Assembly (NCBI GenBank): GCA_040954595.2
Contig: CM082578.2
Coordinates: forward strand, 4,508,831-4,572,830
DNA length: 64,000 nt
From: Balanoglossus misakiensis
Lineage: Eukaryota; Animalia; Hemichordata
Reading direction: 5' to 3'
The position numbers were made by a program, and so were the translations under genes. Within the stretch, counting starts at the first letter, position 1. Each line of letters begins with the position of its first letter. Below are positions 12,268 through 25,200 of the stretch, in pieces. The notes beneath the pieces were generated by a model. That model did not search any database, was not told where the DNA came from, and saw only the letters and a program-made list of their open reading frames with translations.

Positions 12268-15200
12268 TTAATAGCAATGCATGTTGATAATTATAGTGAA
12301 GTATTTAGATAGGGAACTTTTTTTGCACTCCTGTTTTTTGGAACGGAAAAGATACAGAAACTCTAAAAACCTGTTTTCAAGAGATACTATAGCCACACTT
12401 TGTAATTTAGAAATCTGAAGGCAGGATGATAAATGAACACATTACAGCATTTATATTGAAAATCAAAATGGAGTGTAGAGATAAATAAACTGACAAAGAA
12501 ATAACAGTGAATGCGCTACTTGCCTGTATATTATGGTGTAACCAACTATTTGGAGAATTTAGAAAGCTGATTTCATTTTCAGATATCAAGATAATGCTGG
12601 TTAAAAGGCCATTCTGTACCTCCTTTACATAGACCAATCAAAATATGGGGTCACTTTAAGTCCAGTGACCTTGAACCTGACTGACTGAATGCCAGGGAGG
12701 AGGGTCTTTCAAATTGACAGAATGTGTCCTGGTATCATATGATGTCACAAACACATCGTTTGTACTGAGTAACTCATTTGTTAGGGCATTCATTCAGAAG
12801 GTATAAAAGCAGTAAAGCCCAAAATAGATAGTGACGGCAATGTTTATTATAAATTACAGCTTGTATCAGTGTTTATAATACTGCGTGGGTCATTTCCCCT
12901 ATGCAATCACCAATAACCTCCTAGCTATTTACAAAATTTCCTCTGTCGGAAATAATACAATGTAAGCAGTTTCAAGGAGAAACTGATGAATTGCTCACTT
13001 CCTATGAGGTCATTGTTATCACGTGGTATACCAGATGAGATAGCAGTTGGAAAACTGAATTAGTCAACGAGGAAATGTTCAATTAGGTTTTCACTTTTGA
13101 CTGATTTATATACATGAAGTTGTCATCTACTAAGGGGTATAGCGTTCACACAGGGACCATTGAAATGTTTCTCAGCTCAAATACTGGCATACGTTATTAT
13201 GTGTGAACGGTTTCAGTGGTCCTGGGATGTTTCAGATTTGAGACGGCTTTGCAGGCCATACCTGAGCTGGCATAAAGAATTTATAACATCTCTCCGCAAC
13301 TCGTTGTCAATGAGGCCGAGTGCTAGGGTCTATGTGTTAACTTTCTGTACGTGTATGTGTAATGTGTGTGTGTGTGTGGACAAAAAGTGACTAAGGATTA
13401 ATCTAGTACATGTATGTGTGTACAAATGGCATAACAGTACAGTGTCTCTGTAATGTTCTATTTCTAACCCAATGTGAACATCATTTACATGGTAATCTTT
13501 GGTTTGCCTTTTCGCTACTGATAAAAACAAAATAAATGTGGTATGTAGTAAAAGTGGACCAGCCTGGAAAGGCTGAAGTTGTTTTATTTATCTTTGATAT
13601 GTGGTAGTCCAATATTTATTGACCCAAATACATCAAAGTTCCCTTACTTGTAACTCTGGGCTTACATTTGTAAGTTTTCACTTTTTTGGTTCTGTGGCTA
13701 TTTTGTATCTTAATCATATATGACTCCTTATTTTCATGGAAACGTATTGTAGAGCAGAATGCAATAGGTTACGACAGTAGATTTTTAATAATTTAAATAA
13801 TTCACTGTGATTTCTCTTGTTGGAATTTGTCCTCACAATTCTGCTCATGGTGAGCTCACTTACTTTTAATGGCAATGCATAAAACATGTTGCACAAGTCT
13901 TATGTTCCCTAGTTCAATTGATACCAGTGCCAGTTGCAAACATTAATGTTCTACCATTACATGTATAAATCTAAAAATGCAAGAACGTAGGTGCCACATG
14001 TAGTCATTATTCATAAACATTTGATTCAAATATATTTAACACTGTCTGCAGTTCATTTAATTACAAGAAAGTTTTGCACAAGTCAGACAATGTGTTGTAC
14101 AGTGTGACTTCAAATTTCAGGCCAGCAGTGTTGTCCAGGCAGCAATAATCTGTATCTGTTGATGCACACAGTATAATTATTCTCGCGAACTAGAGACATC
14201 TATTTGCACTCCACGAAAAAAAAGGCAACATAGTAATTGTTGCTGTAAAGAGGTACATGGTTGATGAAGATTGTGCAGAGTGGACAAATTAAACTTGATA
14301 TTTTTTTTTGAAATAACCAATTATTAACCATGTGAGCTAATTTGCGCAATTCTACACATTCTGTTCTTCATAATATACGACGGATAAGGGCAGGGTGACC
14401 ACTGCAACCTGCATAGTGTCATTTACCAGATTCGTTAAAATCCTGGAGTGAATTTGAAATACCACCTGGTTTCAGTGACATATCAATTCATATCATACCA
14501 ACTAAATGTATACTTCATTCGGATATCATCTGATACATGATCTGTAGATCTAATCCATCCGGAATGAGGAAGTGACTGGAATATGGTCTAGTACAGAGGT
14601 CTAGTAGTAAGTGGGATAATGAATAGGAATACCACTATGATTACATGTCAGATGCAGAATAATGCAATTAGAATGTGATAGATTTGTAGTGCCAAAAAAT
14701 GAGAACTATAGTTGGGGTGAATACAAAATACACCTGTGTTCATTTATTGTTATCAATTTATGAAAGCTAGATGATTGTTGAAAAATTTGCGTGTGAGACA
14801 TGAGACTTTTAAAACAAATGCTGGCTCTATCCATCATCATAAGGAAATATATGAGTCAATCAACTGAGCTGGTTCATTTTGATGGGATGGTTCACCAGTA
14901 CCTACTTAGTTTGTAATTGTATAACAAGAACTTTTCAGTCATAATGTTTGAGTAATCATCTTGTATTTTGTTTTGTTTTCATGATCAGAAAAATGAATAG
15001 GTATGTGCACATGGCCTGAAATGAAGAATTATGTACAATCTATGCAAGCATATTCAATGTTCACAATGTCTGCAGCAAACAGATGCATGATTTTAAACTG
15101 TTACACATGTTTTTTACTAGGAAACCGTACATGTAGGTGACCCTAAATTCAATGGAATATCCAGAGCTATGTATGACTGGAGTTATTGAGTTTCACTTGT

Positions 15201-16136
15201 ATGATTAAAGTAGACTGACCCTGGAGGCATTTGACGAGGTCAGATAACAGAGAGGTTAATGGAAAGCAGGTTGTGCTCTGGGAACATTCCCACTTACTAG
15301 GATCTTATTTGGTTTCTTTTTTGTTTCCGTGCAGTTTTATATGTTGGAGTAAAAAGTTATTTTTTCGTAAACTGGCTGTAGCTTGTCATGATCAAACAAG
15401 TACATTTTGATCTTACAATCCAGCAGTTAAAATTTAGTGATACTGAAAAACATATTCAAATGAAGTTTTATATTGTTGGGATTATATTGTCTGTTTTATT
15501 CTGCAGTTTATTTTCCCAGCACAGATATCCAAAGCTTGTTCTTCTGTAAGATGTGATTGTGAAAACAGGTCTTCAGAATTTAAACCATTGTGGCTTTCGA
15601 TCGGCATTATTGCCATTCACACAGATTGATTCTCGGCCAAATAACGGATACATCATTTATTCAGAATTGATTGTCAAACAAGAATGATACCCCCCAAAAA
15701 TCATAGTTGTATATTTACGTTTAGAAAAAGTTCAGACCAGTCTGGATTTGAGGCTAGAATCTATGTGGACATTTCAACGTTTTAGATATTTCACAAGGAG
15801 GGATGACAACCAGTTGAAGTCAAAGCAGTGAGGTAAGAGGGTGGGAGATGATTGATGGTGGGGGGGGGGGGGGGGGGGAGGGATACATTTTCCTGTCTGG
15901 GGGTTCTTACCATACCGGAGGAAATACAGTACATACTAAGTATAAAGTATATACCGGTACAACAATGTGACCAAAATACTAGGGGTAATAATGCAGCTGA
16001 TCATAAAAAGGCCTATCCTCATAGGTTACGACATTCATTATTATGTTGTACCCATCGAGTGAATTGACAAAGGAACAACTGCCCAACTAAAACAACTTTT
16101 CTTACATGAGATAGTTATGCACTGCAAGCCTGGAAT

Positions 16137-16263
16137 CAATCTGATTAAAATCAGATGTAGGAAACAGCGACATGTTTTTTATGCTGTCGCCGTAGTGTAG
16201 GCGACAGCATAAAAAAAACCACGTCGCCGTTCCCTACATCTGATTTTACAGTAATCAGATATG
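16137..16263. mobile_element. 127-bp hairpin MITE, CA..TG ends, 8-bp TSD
   Basis: cctggaat on both sides (16129-16136, 16264-16271); nearly fully palindromic (aaaatcagatgtagg..atgctgtcgcc / ggcgacagcat..cctacatctgatttt). Confidence 0.8.
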
Positions 16264-16863
16264 CCTGGAATATACTCTCATACAACAGGGTCATGCTTAA
16301 TTGACCCCCTAACTTGCTTGGAAATATGAAGGATTTGGCAGTGGTTTTGCTTATGACATTGACTACATTTGTATTTGGTATACAAGTATTTCTGAGGTGC
16401 CTAACAAGTCTGCATTTATACATTTACCAAATCAGAGGAACCTGGCATAACCCTAACGAAAACACAATAGCAAATTAATCTATAAGCCTTTTGGCAAAAT
16501 AGCACTTCTTTATAGCACGTTGGTCATAATAAATTATTGTATTATAAAAGTACATTCAAGTATGTCACAATAAATATGCACAATATCACTTGTTGTGAAC
16601 TTCGGATTGGTTTTGACCTTCATCTTTTGACATGCAGTGTATACTTGTAACCTGACCCAAAGTGCTGGTGCTGTCAGTGAACTTAAACAGCTAGACTCTA
16701 GGTGTTTGGTTTCACATCTACTTCACTGCCAGATGTTTTCTGCTAAAACAGTGGGATGTATTTCACTTTATATGCTAGTATGTGTCATTGGTTTCACTTC
16801 TATCACTTTATCAAGTTCATGGGTGAATGAACTGGTGATGTCACATGTAACATGCTGTGTTAA

Positions 16864-17207
16864 AGGGACAAAGTCTCTCATTCGCTGCTCTTTTTCCATT
16901 AATTTTGTTCGATACAAGACACTGTTTATGTAGGTACATGTGGATATATGAATCAACGTTCGACCACACGCAACTTCCATCCCTCTTACAGATACATGAC
17001 AGTGAAAAACTTGCCAAAATGAATAATCGGTGTTTACCATTTATTCATTTTGGCGAGATTTTTACTCTCACATCCTACAAACAGGATGGAAGTTTTGTGT
17101 GGTTGAACATTGATTCACGATATATCGACATGTAGAATAACATATACGATGTCTTGTATCAAACACAATTAATGGAAAAGGGGCAGCGAGAGAGAGACTT
17201 TGTCCCG
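16864..17207. mobile_element. Palindromic TTAA-TSD MITE family, copy 2
   Basis: Same termini as 11968-12267, TTAA on both sides. Confidence 0.85.
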
Positions 17208-17663
17208 TTAAATTAAAGGATGGCGGCCACAATGGTGAAATACATTTGTACAAAATGCAATGAAAACGTTGCATTCTCAATTTGAAACTCCATAAACAAA
17301 GTATGATCTTATCCACTGGAACACATGCATATGTAGTCTACTGAGACATTACATTTTCATTTTTCATTGCAATATTTCACCATTTTTTTAAATTGCGGGA
17401 ATTTTTAACTGTACTTATTTTTATTTCTTTAACTTTTTGCCATTTTGTCATAAATATATGTCATCTTTATATTATAGACATATCATTTACTGGACAGAAT
17501 TAAAAGTATATCCAAGATTATCAGATTATATATTAAAGCTTTAAAAAATATTGAGTTGCAGCTACTGGGGCTTAAAATGTGCAGTCTTCAAAATATACAG
17601 TAACACGATTGCACAATTTAAATACTGACCTCTTTTCTGGCCCAACAGTCCATTTTGCTACAG

Positions 17664-18119
17664 GTCAAGAAGGCAGCTGCGATCATACATATGATAGGTT
17701 TGACTTGATGTACGCCAAGTGTCTATCATCAAACATGATCAGACTTCGTATGGACGATGCTGACAATCCTCAGAAGGATGGTCCACAGTGGCTCATCAGG
17801 GTGCCAGAGAGTGAACAGGATGGGACAAGTGAAATTTATGCGGTAAATATCAGCCCTTCACTTCAGTATCCCCCATTTCAACATGGGACAAACTCAAAAT
17901 GATTTGTGAGAAAAAAAATCCACTACTTGTCAGTGTCACTTTTTGGCAATTTAATGGTATTTTTGTTTGGTGTACTGCGACAATTGTCGGCTATTTTTGT
18001 TTCATTGGTGTATCTTTGCTACAGTTTCTGTTGCAACTCCCTGAAGCATGATGAAATGCACAACATTTAGCAAATTAAACCACAGGGAACTTAGTAATTT
18101 TGTTATTGTTATTGTTGTT

Positions 18120-18150
<31 letters not shown>

Positions 18151-19220
18151 AGATTGGTAATAAAATTTAAAAAAAATCAATGTTCATTTCTTGCTATGTT
18201 TGTCGATGTTGTAGATAACTGTAAAAAAAAAACAACCATAATCGTGGAAAACACGACCTAGGTCGCCGAATGTCACTACCGTCTTACATACAGGCAAGGG
18301 TGGAATCCACATGCCCTGGATCTAGGCTCATGGGCCACCTTCAAGGCCCTGAAAAATCACCCCATTCACCAGCGAGCGATTAAATTATGCCACCATAGGC
18401 ATTGAAATTTATCTCACTGACCTAATTTGGGCTTCACTTCATCTAGCGACCTGCAAACGAGTGGAAAAACGGCGATTTCCAAGTCGTACCCAGTCAAATT
18501 CAATCACATTTGAATGACGCGCCTGATGGTGATGGATCTGTTTTCTCTGCCTATTTAAATTGACCAATCGGGCGCCCTGTAAAGGCTGCCTCGGCCACCC
18601 GATTGTTTATTGCTCAACTCGTACGAGTACGTGTAACTGCGTTCAAAATAACGCGAAAAAAAGGAGGCGAAACCTTAAGAGTCATACAGATAAATGGATA
18701 CTTCCCAACTCTTTGTCATAAAATCTACCATTTTACGTCTTGAATACAGTGCAGTCGATAGTCAGAACGTACACTTCCGGGTGTTGCTTTACAGGGCGCC
18801 CGATTGGTCAATTTAAATAGGCAGAGAAAACAGATCCATCACCATCAGGCGCGTCATTCAAATGTGATTGAATTTGACTGGGTACGACTTGGAAATCGCC
18901 GTTTTTCCACTCGTTTGCAGGTCGCTAGATGAAGTGAAGCCCAAATTAGGTCAGTGAGATAAATTTCAATGCCTATGGTGGCATAATTTAATCGCTCGCT
19001 GGTGAATGGGGTGATTTTTCAGGGCCTTGAAGGTGGCCCATGAGCCTAGATCCAGGGCATGTGGATTCCACCCTTGCCTGTATGTAAGACGGTAGTGACA
19101 TTCGGCGACCTAGGTCGTGTTTTCCACGATTATGGTTGGGTTTTTTTTACAGTTATCTACAACATCGACAAACATAGCAAGAAATGAACATTGATTTTTT
19201 TAAATTTTATTACCAATCTT

Positions 19221-19256
<36 letters not shown>

Positions 19257-22200
19257 AATAACAATAACAAAATTACTAAGTTCCCTGTGATTAAACTTGG
19301 CCTATATAGTGTAATATACAATCAGCAGTGTCATTGCGGAAAATTGATTTCAAGTCAAGTCAAGTCAAGAGTTTGTTTGTCGCCAATTACAATGGCTGTT
19401 TTTAATAGCAGAATAGTGGGTATTTTAAGCACACTTAAGACATCGGTTGCAGTGTTTCATCCAGGATGGATCAACAGGGGGATATGTCCATATGTCCTCC
19501 TTTGCCAGAATATTTGAGGGGGGAGGGGTACCACTCTGCAAAGGGGAAATATATCTCCAACATGTGGGTGACATCATTTTAAGGGACCCGCCCCCCCCCC
19601 TGACACATTGCTAGGGTGTGCCATGTCAGTTGGGGGTGACTCCCCCCCCCCCCCCCCCCGGCCCAGTCTAGAAACACTGTAGTTGATAGTGTACATAAAA
19701 CAACCAGATATTCACTGGATATACTGGTAATCTCATGGTTTGACAGGAACCCCGTATTTATACTTGCTATTCACACAAAACCATCAAAAGTGCATATTAG
19801 CAGCTAAAAGTATACAAAATTGTACCATAAATGGTCATCTCATATTTATGTATTTCCATCTATGGATGAAAGAGTCTCTTTGAGTGTTCCAAAGAACATA
19901 TTGGGGCGGTCTCCGTTTCGCGTTTGCCACCAATTGAAAATCTGTGATTGGCCAGATCTGATTTTGCTTTGGTAACCATAGCTGAATTTGAATATGTGAC
20001 TGCATGATATGACAGTACAATGTCTCACATCTCAGATCCATATCTGTAGCAGGTTTCATTTGACCGATTTGTTTCAGATCAGTATTGCTTGGCAACATCT
20101 TTATGAAAATGGACACGCAAACGTGACATTGGATGACGAAGGACAATACAGAATAGTTGCCACCATGGAATATGGAAATTCAGAAAAAGCGTTACTTACT
20201 CTGGAGGTATATTAATTTTTTTTTCAAACTTTTTCTTGTGTTGTGTTCAGGAAGAGTTCTTAGCAGTACAGATGTAATAAAATCTTGACAAATAATGACA
20301 CTTTATAGCATGCTGCTGGCCAAACCTTAGTTACATCTTTTTAGCACCTGTTTCATAAAAACTCTGCACAGGGTGGTGTACATTGATGCAAGTGTGTCAT
20401 TGTTTGACGTCGGTGATTTTTGAAAATCCAAGCAGTAAAATGTTCGCATAGTATGCAATGGCCGATGTCAGTTCAGAAAATATGTACTAAAACCCCTTTC
20501 CTACCAATTCCAGGTACCTGCTAATTTCACAACAGCAGAGAGTGTGTCGAACCTGCCAGCCAGTGAGCTGAAGTACATCAAAGGAAATATAATACCACCA
20601 TTCACAGCACAAGGGTCACGATTAATAGCAATATCTCTGTCCTTGATTGACCGTAACAACCAAAGTGTGTCTATAACAAACGAGCAGAATGCTTGCCCAG
20701 AATGTGTTGAACTGTGGCATAGAGTCTACCTGAAGGGCTGTGAGTTCGAGAAATCAGAAGTACATGTCTGTCTTTACGCATACAAGGATTGGAAGAATAC
20801 TTTAGAAACAGCACCACCCAATTGTTATCCTGATTATGTGGTCAGGAACCTTGATGAAAGATATGCACACTGTTTTGGTGAGTACATATTTATTACAAAT
20901 ATTAATTATTATTCTGCAGTGGCCATGGGGTAAAAAATCCTAAAATAATTAGTTATTTACATTAAATTTCATTTTCACAGTACATGTACATATTTATTCT
21001 GTATTAAACAAATTTATAGTTTTTCTTTTCCACAAAAAATATATCGTGTCTTTGCTTGCTTTCTGGCATTTGAGACTTTTGTAAATAAAAACAATTGTCA
21101 TAAAATAAAAGTAATGTATTTATTATCGACTTGCAGTGGCTCCGAGCTTCACACAAGTGTCAGGATTTGTGAAGACTTATGTGGGCGAGAGTGCAACTTT
21201 GGTGTGCATCAGTGATGGCTCTCCAGAACCGACCATTCGGTGGTACAAAGGGGACCACTTGTTGGAATTACACGCCTATAAGAATCATATATACATCCAC
21301 AACACTAACTGGAGACATCAGGGGAGGTAAAAGGCTATAGCTTTTGAATGCCCTACTGCCTAACCCTACTGAAAAACAGGTTGTTGTTTTTTATTTATAT
21401 ATGTATTGTGAGGAGGTTACCATATAGGAAAAAAGGTCCTGACGATAACTTCATATATCTATGTGGGTTTTTTTCATCATAGATACATTTGTGAAGCAGA
21501 TAATGTGGTACAAAAAGTCAACAGCACAGTTATTCACCTGCAGATATATGGTAAGATTAACAGATTTACATCAATTTCTTGATTTTTCTTTTTTTGTATC
21601 TTACAAGGACATCAAACACACATGAGGAAATCTGCTGAGAAAAAATCCTCAAATTCTAATCTGCCTACATTAGTTTCTCTCTTCTGCGGCAGCCTAAAAC
21701 GTGGACCATATTAATGTAAATGCGGTGCATACACCTATATTCACAAACTGCATTGTTCTTTTTATGTGATTTTGTACACTCTAGATAGACCTTGTCGCAA
21801 CTACAAAGTAAAGGAGGATAAGTTCTTGCAGGAGTGCAGCAACGGCGGCAAATACCGGCCCAATCAGATGTCCTGGCCTGAATTTGTGACCACTACAGCT
21901 GACTCCACACTGATGGACATTGGAATTGACAATGCGCTGTTTCACGAGAGGAGTAATGAGTACGACTCTTACTATGATGCCAACTACACCGATGATGGTG
22001 CTGCGGAGGTGCACTGTGATCCTGGGGACGACGGCAGATTAGTGTCGTTTATAGTCCGCATTGTTGATGTCACGCAGGGAGACACCGCGACATCTGCTGA
22101 GTTGGGAACATTGCCAGGAAATACAGCTTCTCAAGATGGTGTGGTTTACACACCGGGAGAAGTGTCTACCAGTGGTGCTGTCACGTTGAGTGCAATGGCT

Positions 22201-25200
22201 GCAACCGGAGAAACTCTCTCTCAGAGTTCGAGCACCCGGGGCAGGTTTGATAACCGAGGGAACTGGATGAGCAGAGGTCACCAACAGCCGACAGCACCAC
22301 CTGGTCTCCGTAGGAACGGTACCTCTAAGGGACGCGGAGAAGATGTTGTGTCGAGACCTCCCGTCACCCAACAACCAGTGTCAGAAAATGTGATTTTCAC
22401 AAAGACATTTGAGAATGTGTTCTCTGCCAAACCCAACCCGTATTGCATGGAAGAGACGGAAACTCTGTCGGTCCTTTTGGACTCTGCCACTGAGCTGTAC
22501 GTGCCGAGAGGGCGTCGCCTTCGAATAGAAATACGGGACACAGACGGCAGGCTACTTGAGAAACAGTGCGATGGCGACACATGTTCCTCTCTCGGCTACA
22601 GGACATTCCAGACTGACTGCGATGTGACCACCAGTGGACAGTGCCTCTCGGCGTACTTCCAGTGGAAAAACATCCTGTCTGGCAATGAGCAATGGCGGTG
22701 TGTGAAAACGGCAGCCTTGCGCGGAAAGTTAGAACACTGTGAAAGTACTGGTAAGTCATGTTAATTTATTTGGTCTTATAATATATCATTCCCCTAGAAG
22801 TTATTGTTTCAATTCATTACTATAAATCACATGATTTGGCCATGTGACCCACGGCGTTGTCATTTCCAGGTGACGGGCAAGCAATATTTCAGAATCCAGT
22901 AAAAGTTTTTTTCCAAGGATGTTTTTACCTAAGAACTGCCAGACACGTAATATGTATCAGGTATGGTGCCTCATCAGCCTCATGGCGGTTCGTCTGCACA
23001 GTCTTTGTCTGCAGCACGTTGCTGAAGTTGCCCGTCTTCTGGAAATTTTAATGCCAACGTAACTGCCTCCTGAGCGCGTCTGACGTCATTTGATATCGAA
23101 GAATATTGAAGCAATCACCGATGCCCCACGTGGCACACTTCCGTTAATTCTTGGAAATTAACTGTACCATTTCCGGGCAATGTTTCCATTTTATGTGTAT
23201 TTTTTGCAACGATCAAAAATTTTTGAGGAGTGAGGGAATCGCTGAAAGAGGAAGACGTCACATGTTACTAATATCGCTCAGGCAGCTGTTAGTTTCAGTC
23301 AGTGCATGTATACGTAGGTCAGTTGTTCAACCAACACCAAAATAAAATGCCATGTTTCCTCAAGAGAACTTTTAGACTCAAAATGAAAATTAGTGTTTTG
23401 GCCGCAAGGTGTCCAGGACTGTTGCACCTGCATAATTCTTAAACTAATTTTATCATTTTATTTTGAAAACACTGTACCATTTTGATGACAGAATGTTGTT
23501 GTGAAACTGGTATGACTTAAATATGATGACCATGAAAAGAGCACCATTGGGCTGTATTCACTTTCAATCTGTATTTTAAGTACGTGTACATGTAGCTACA
23601 TAGTCTGGACACATTTACTTACACATTACGTATGTAATTTGTATGTTATTGCTACATTGTATGAGTATGAGATGACACATCTGGGCGAGGGTGTATTTTT
23701 AATTGGTGTAAGTGGTGTACATTGCACCTACTACAGAGAAGTCCCTACTGTGTCTGGATAAATAGCATGGTTCAGTCATGTTTACTAGAAAGTTTGTCAT
23801 CCATCAGACACGTACCACACCCTTTTCTGAGTCACTTGGATTTCCTACATAATTCACATCTGACTTAGTCACACATGTAATTTTTTTTTTGGTGAAGACA
23901 TCGTGGCATTGCTAAAATTGTACATTATGAGTTTAATGGTCATTAGAATTAATGCTGAATCATTTAGAAGACATGGCATTTTTACAATTGAATATATTTC
24001 AGATTGTACCCAAATACATGTATACAGTCTTCAAATAGCAATGACAGCCACATAACGATAAAAACAATCAACAAAACACACAGAAAATAGTAAAGTCTGT
24101 GAAAGACAGATGTGCCGTATATGGATTTCAGGCAAAAAAAGACCAGGAAGTGATTTCACGTGTTTCGAAAATAGTAGGGTTATCCTGCCCCACTGTGGCA
24201 CCCACAAATCAATGAATGCTAGTGTCTCAACTGACACAAGTAGCTGACATGTATTGGATACCTTTCCCAATTCTCTTCATATATGAGCAACCACCTTTAT
24301 AAACAGACACCGCTGCAAACCAGTTTTCTTGGTCTCTTTGGTGTATAGATTGGACACGTTTTGCAAAATATGTGCAGGTACAGACAAAATGATACTCTTG
24401 GCTCCCAGTTAGTATGACCCACTTCTTTATCATTAATACTAATACATAGTAAAGTTGTACTGCTGAGAAGTGTGTCATTTCAATCTAAATGCATCCTTCT
24501 TATGACACATTGTGAGATGACTGTGACCTTTGACCCAGGTTAAAACTTTGTTGATAATGTGACACAGTTTGAAAGAAAAAACTGTACATGAGTTTAATAT
24601 TAAAAAGTTATAAAGAAATATGCAGTTTTCTCCTTGTAGAAATCTCCTAGTTGTACTTTGTAGCATATATGTACATACTGTATGCACATTTAATTTTACT
24701 CATCTTGATTAAATTACATGTAATTCAAAAGCACGGTTTGATTGCTTGCATGGGGCTGGCAAGATGCTAGACTAATTTCATTCAGACTGAAAAATGAATT
24801 CATTTCAGTTTTTATGTGTTTCGTGAGATCATCCAATATGACTGATGCACTGCCATTGTGGTTCAATTTCTTAATGTCTGGTGCCATCACTCAACATGCC
24901 TGAATCAATTCCAGTCAAACTTGACATTCCAATATGTGTCTCTATGTGAGCTATCAAAATGTAGTCCTGAGGAACTATGTCATTGACAATTACTTTATTT
25001 TTGCTTATACTGTGGGATGAGCTCTGTTAATGTAAACTGATTATAATCTCTAGTATTTTTTTTCTCTACTGTTTTCTTTTTCTTTGGATAATATCTTTCT
25101 CTTTTCAGTAAGCCCTTTTTTTAGCTTATTTCATAATATCCCTTTTCCTTCTATTTGGTGTTGGGATTCATTCTTGTCACAATGTCATAAATAATTCTTT

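Noticed and set aside
15507-15832. Exon-like segment with acceptor and GTAAG donor upstream of the aGPCR
   Set aside because: All three frames contain stops and the phase-1 reading ends in TGA; it may be non-coding or decayed but cannot be supported as CDS.
19191-19517. Poly-Asn ORF
   Set aside because: Translation of the (AAC)n microsatellite in the foldback arm.
19450-19679. hAT-like MITE with cagtgtttc..gaaacactg ends
   Set aside because: Only a 9-bp TIR and no matching 8-bp TSD; too weak to call.
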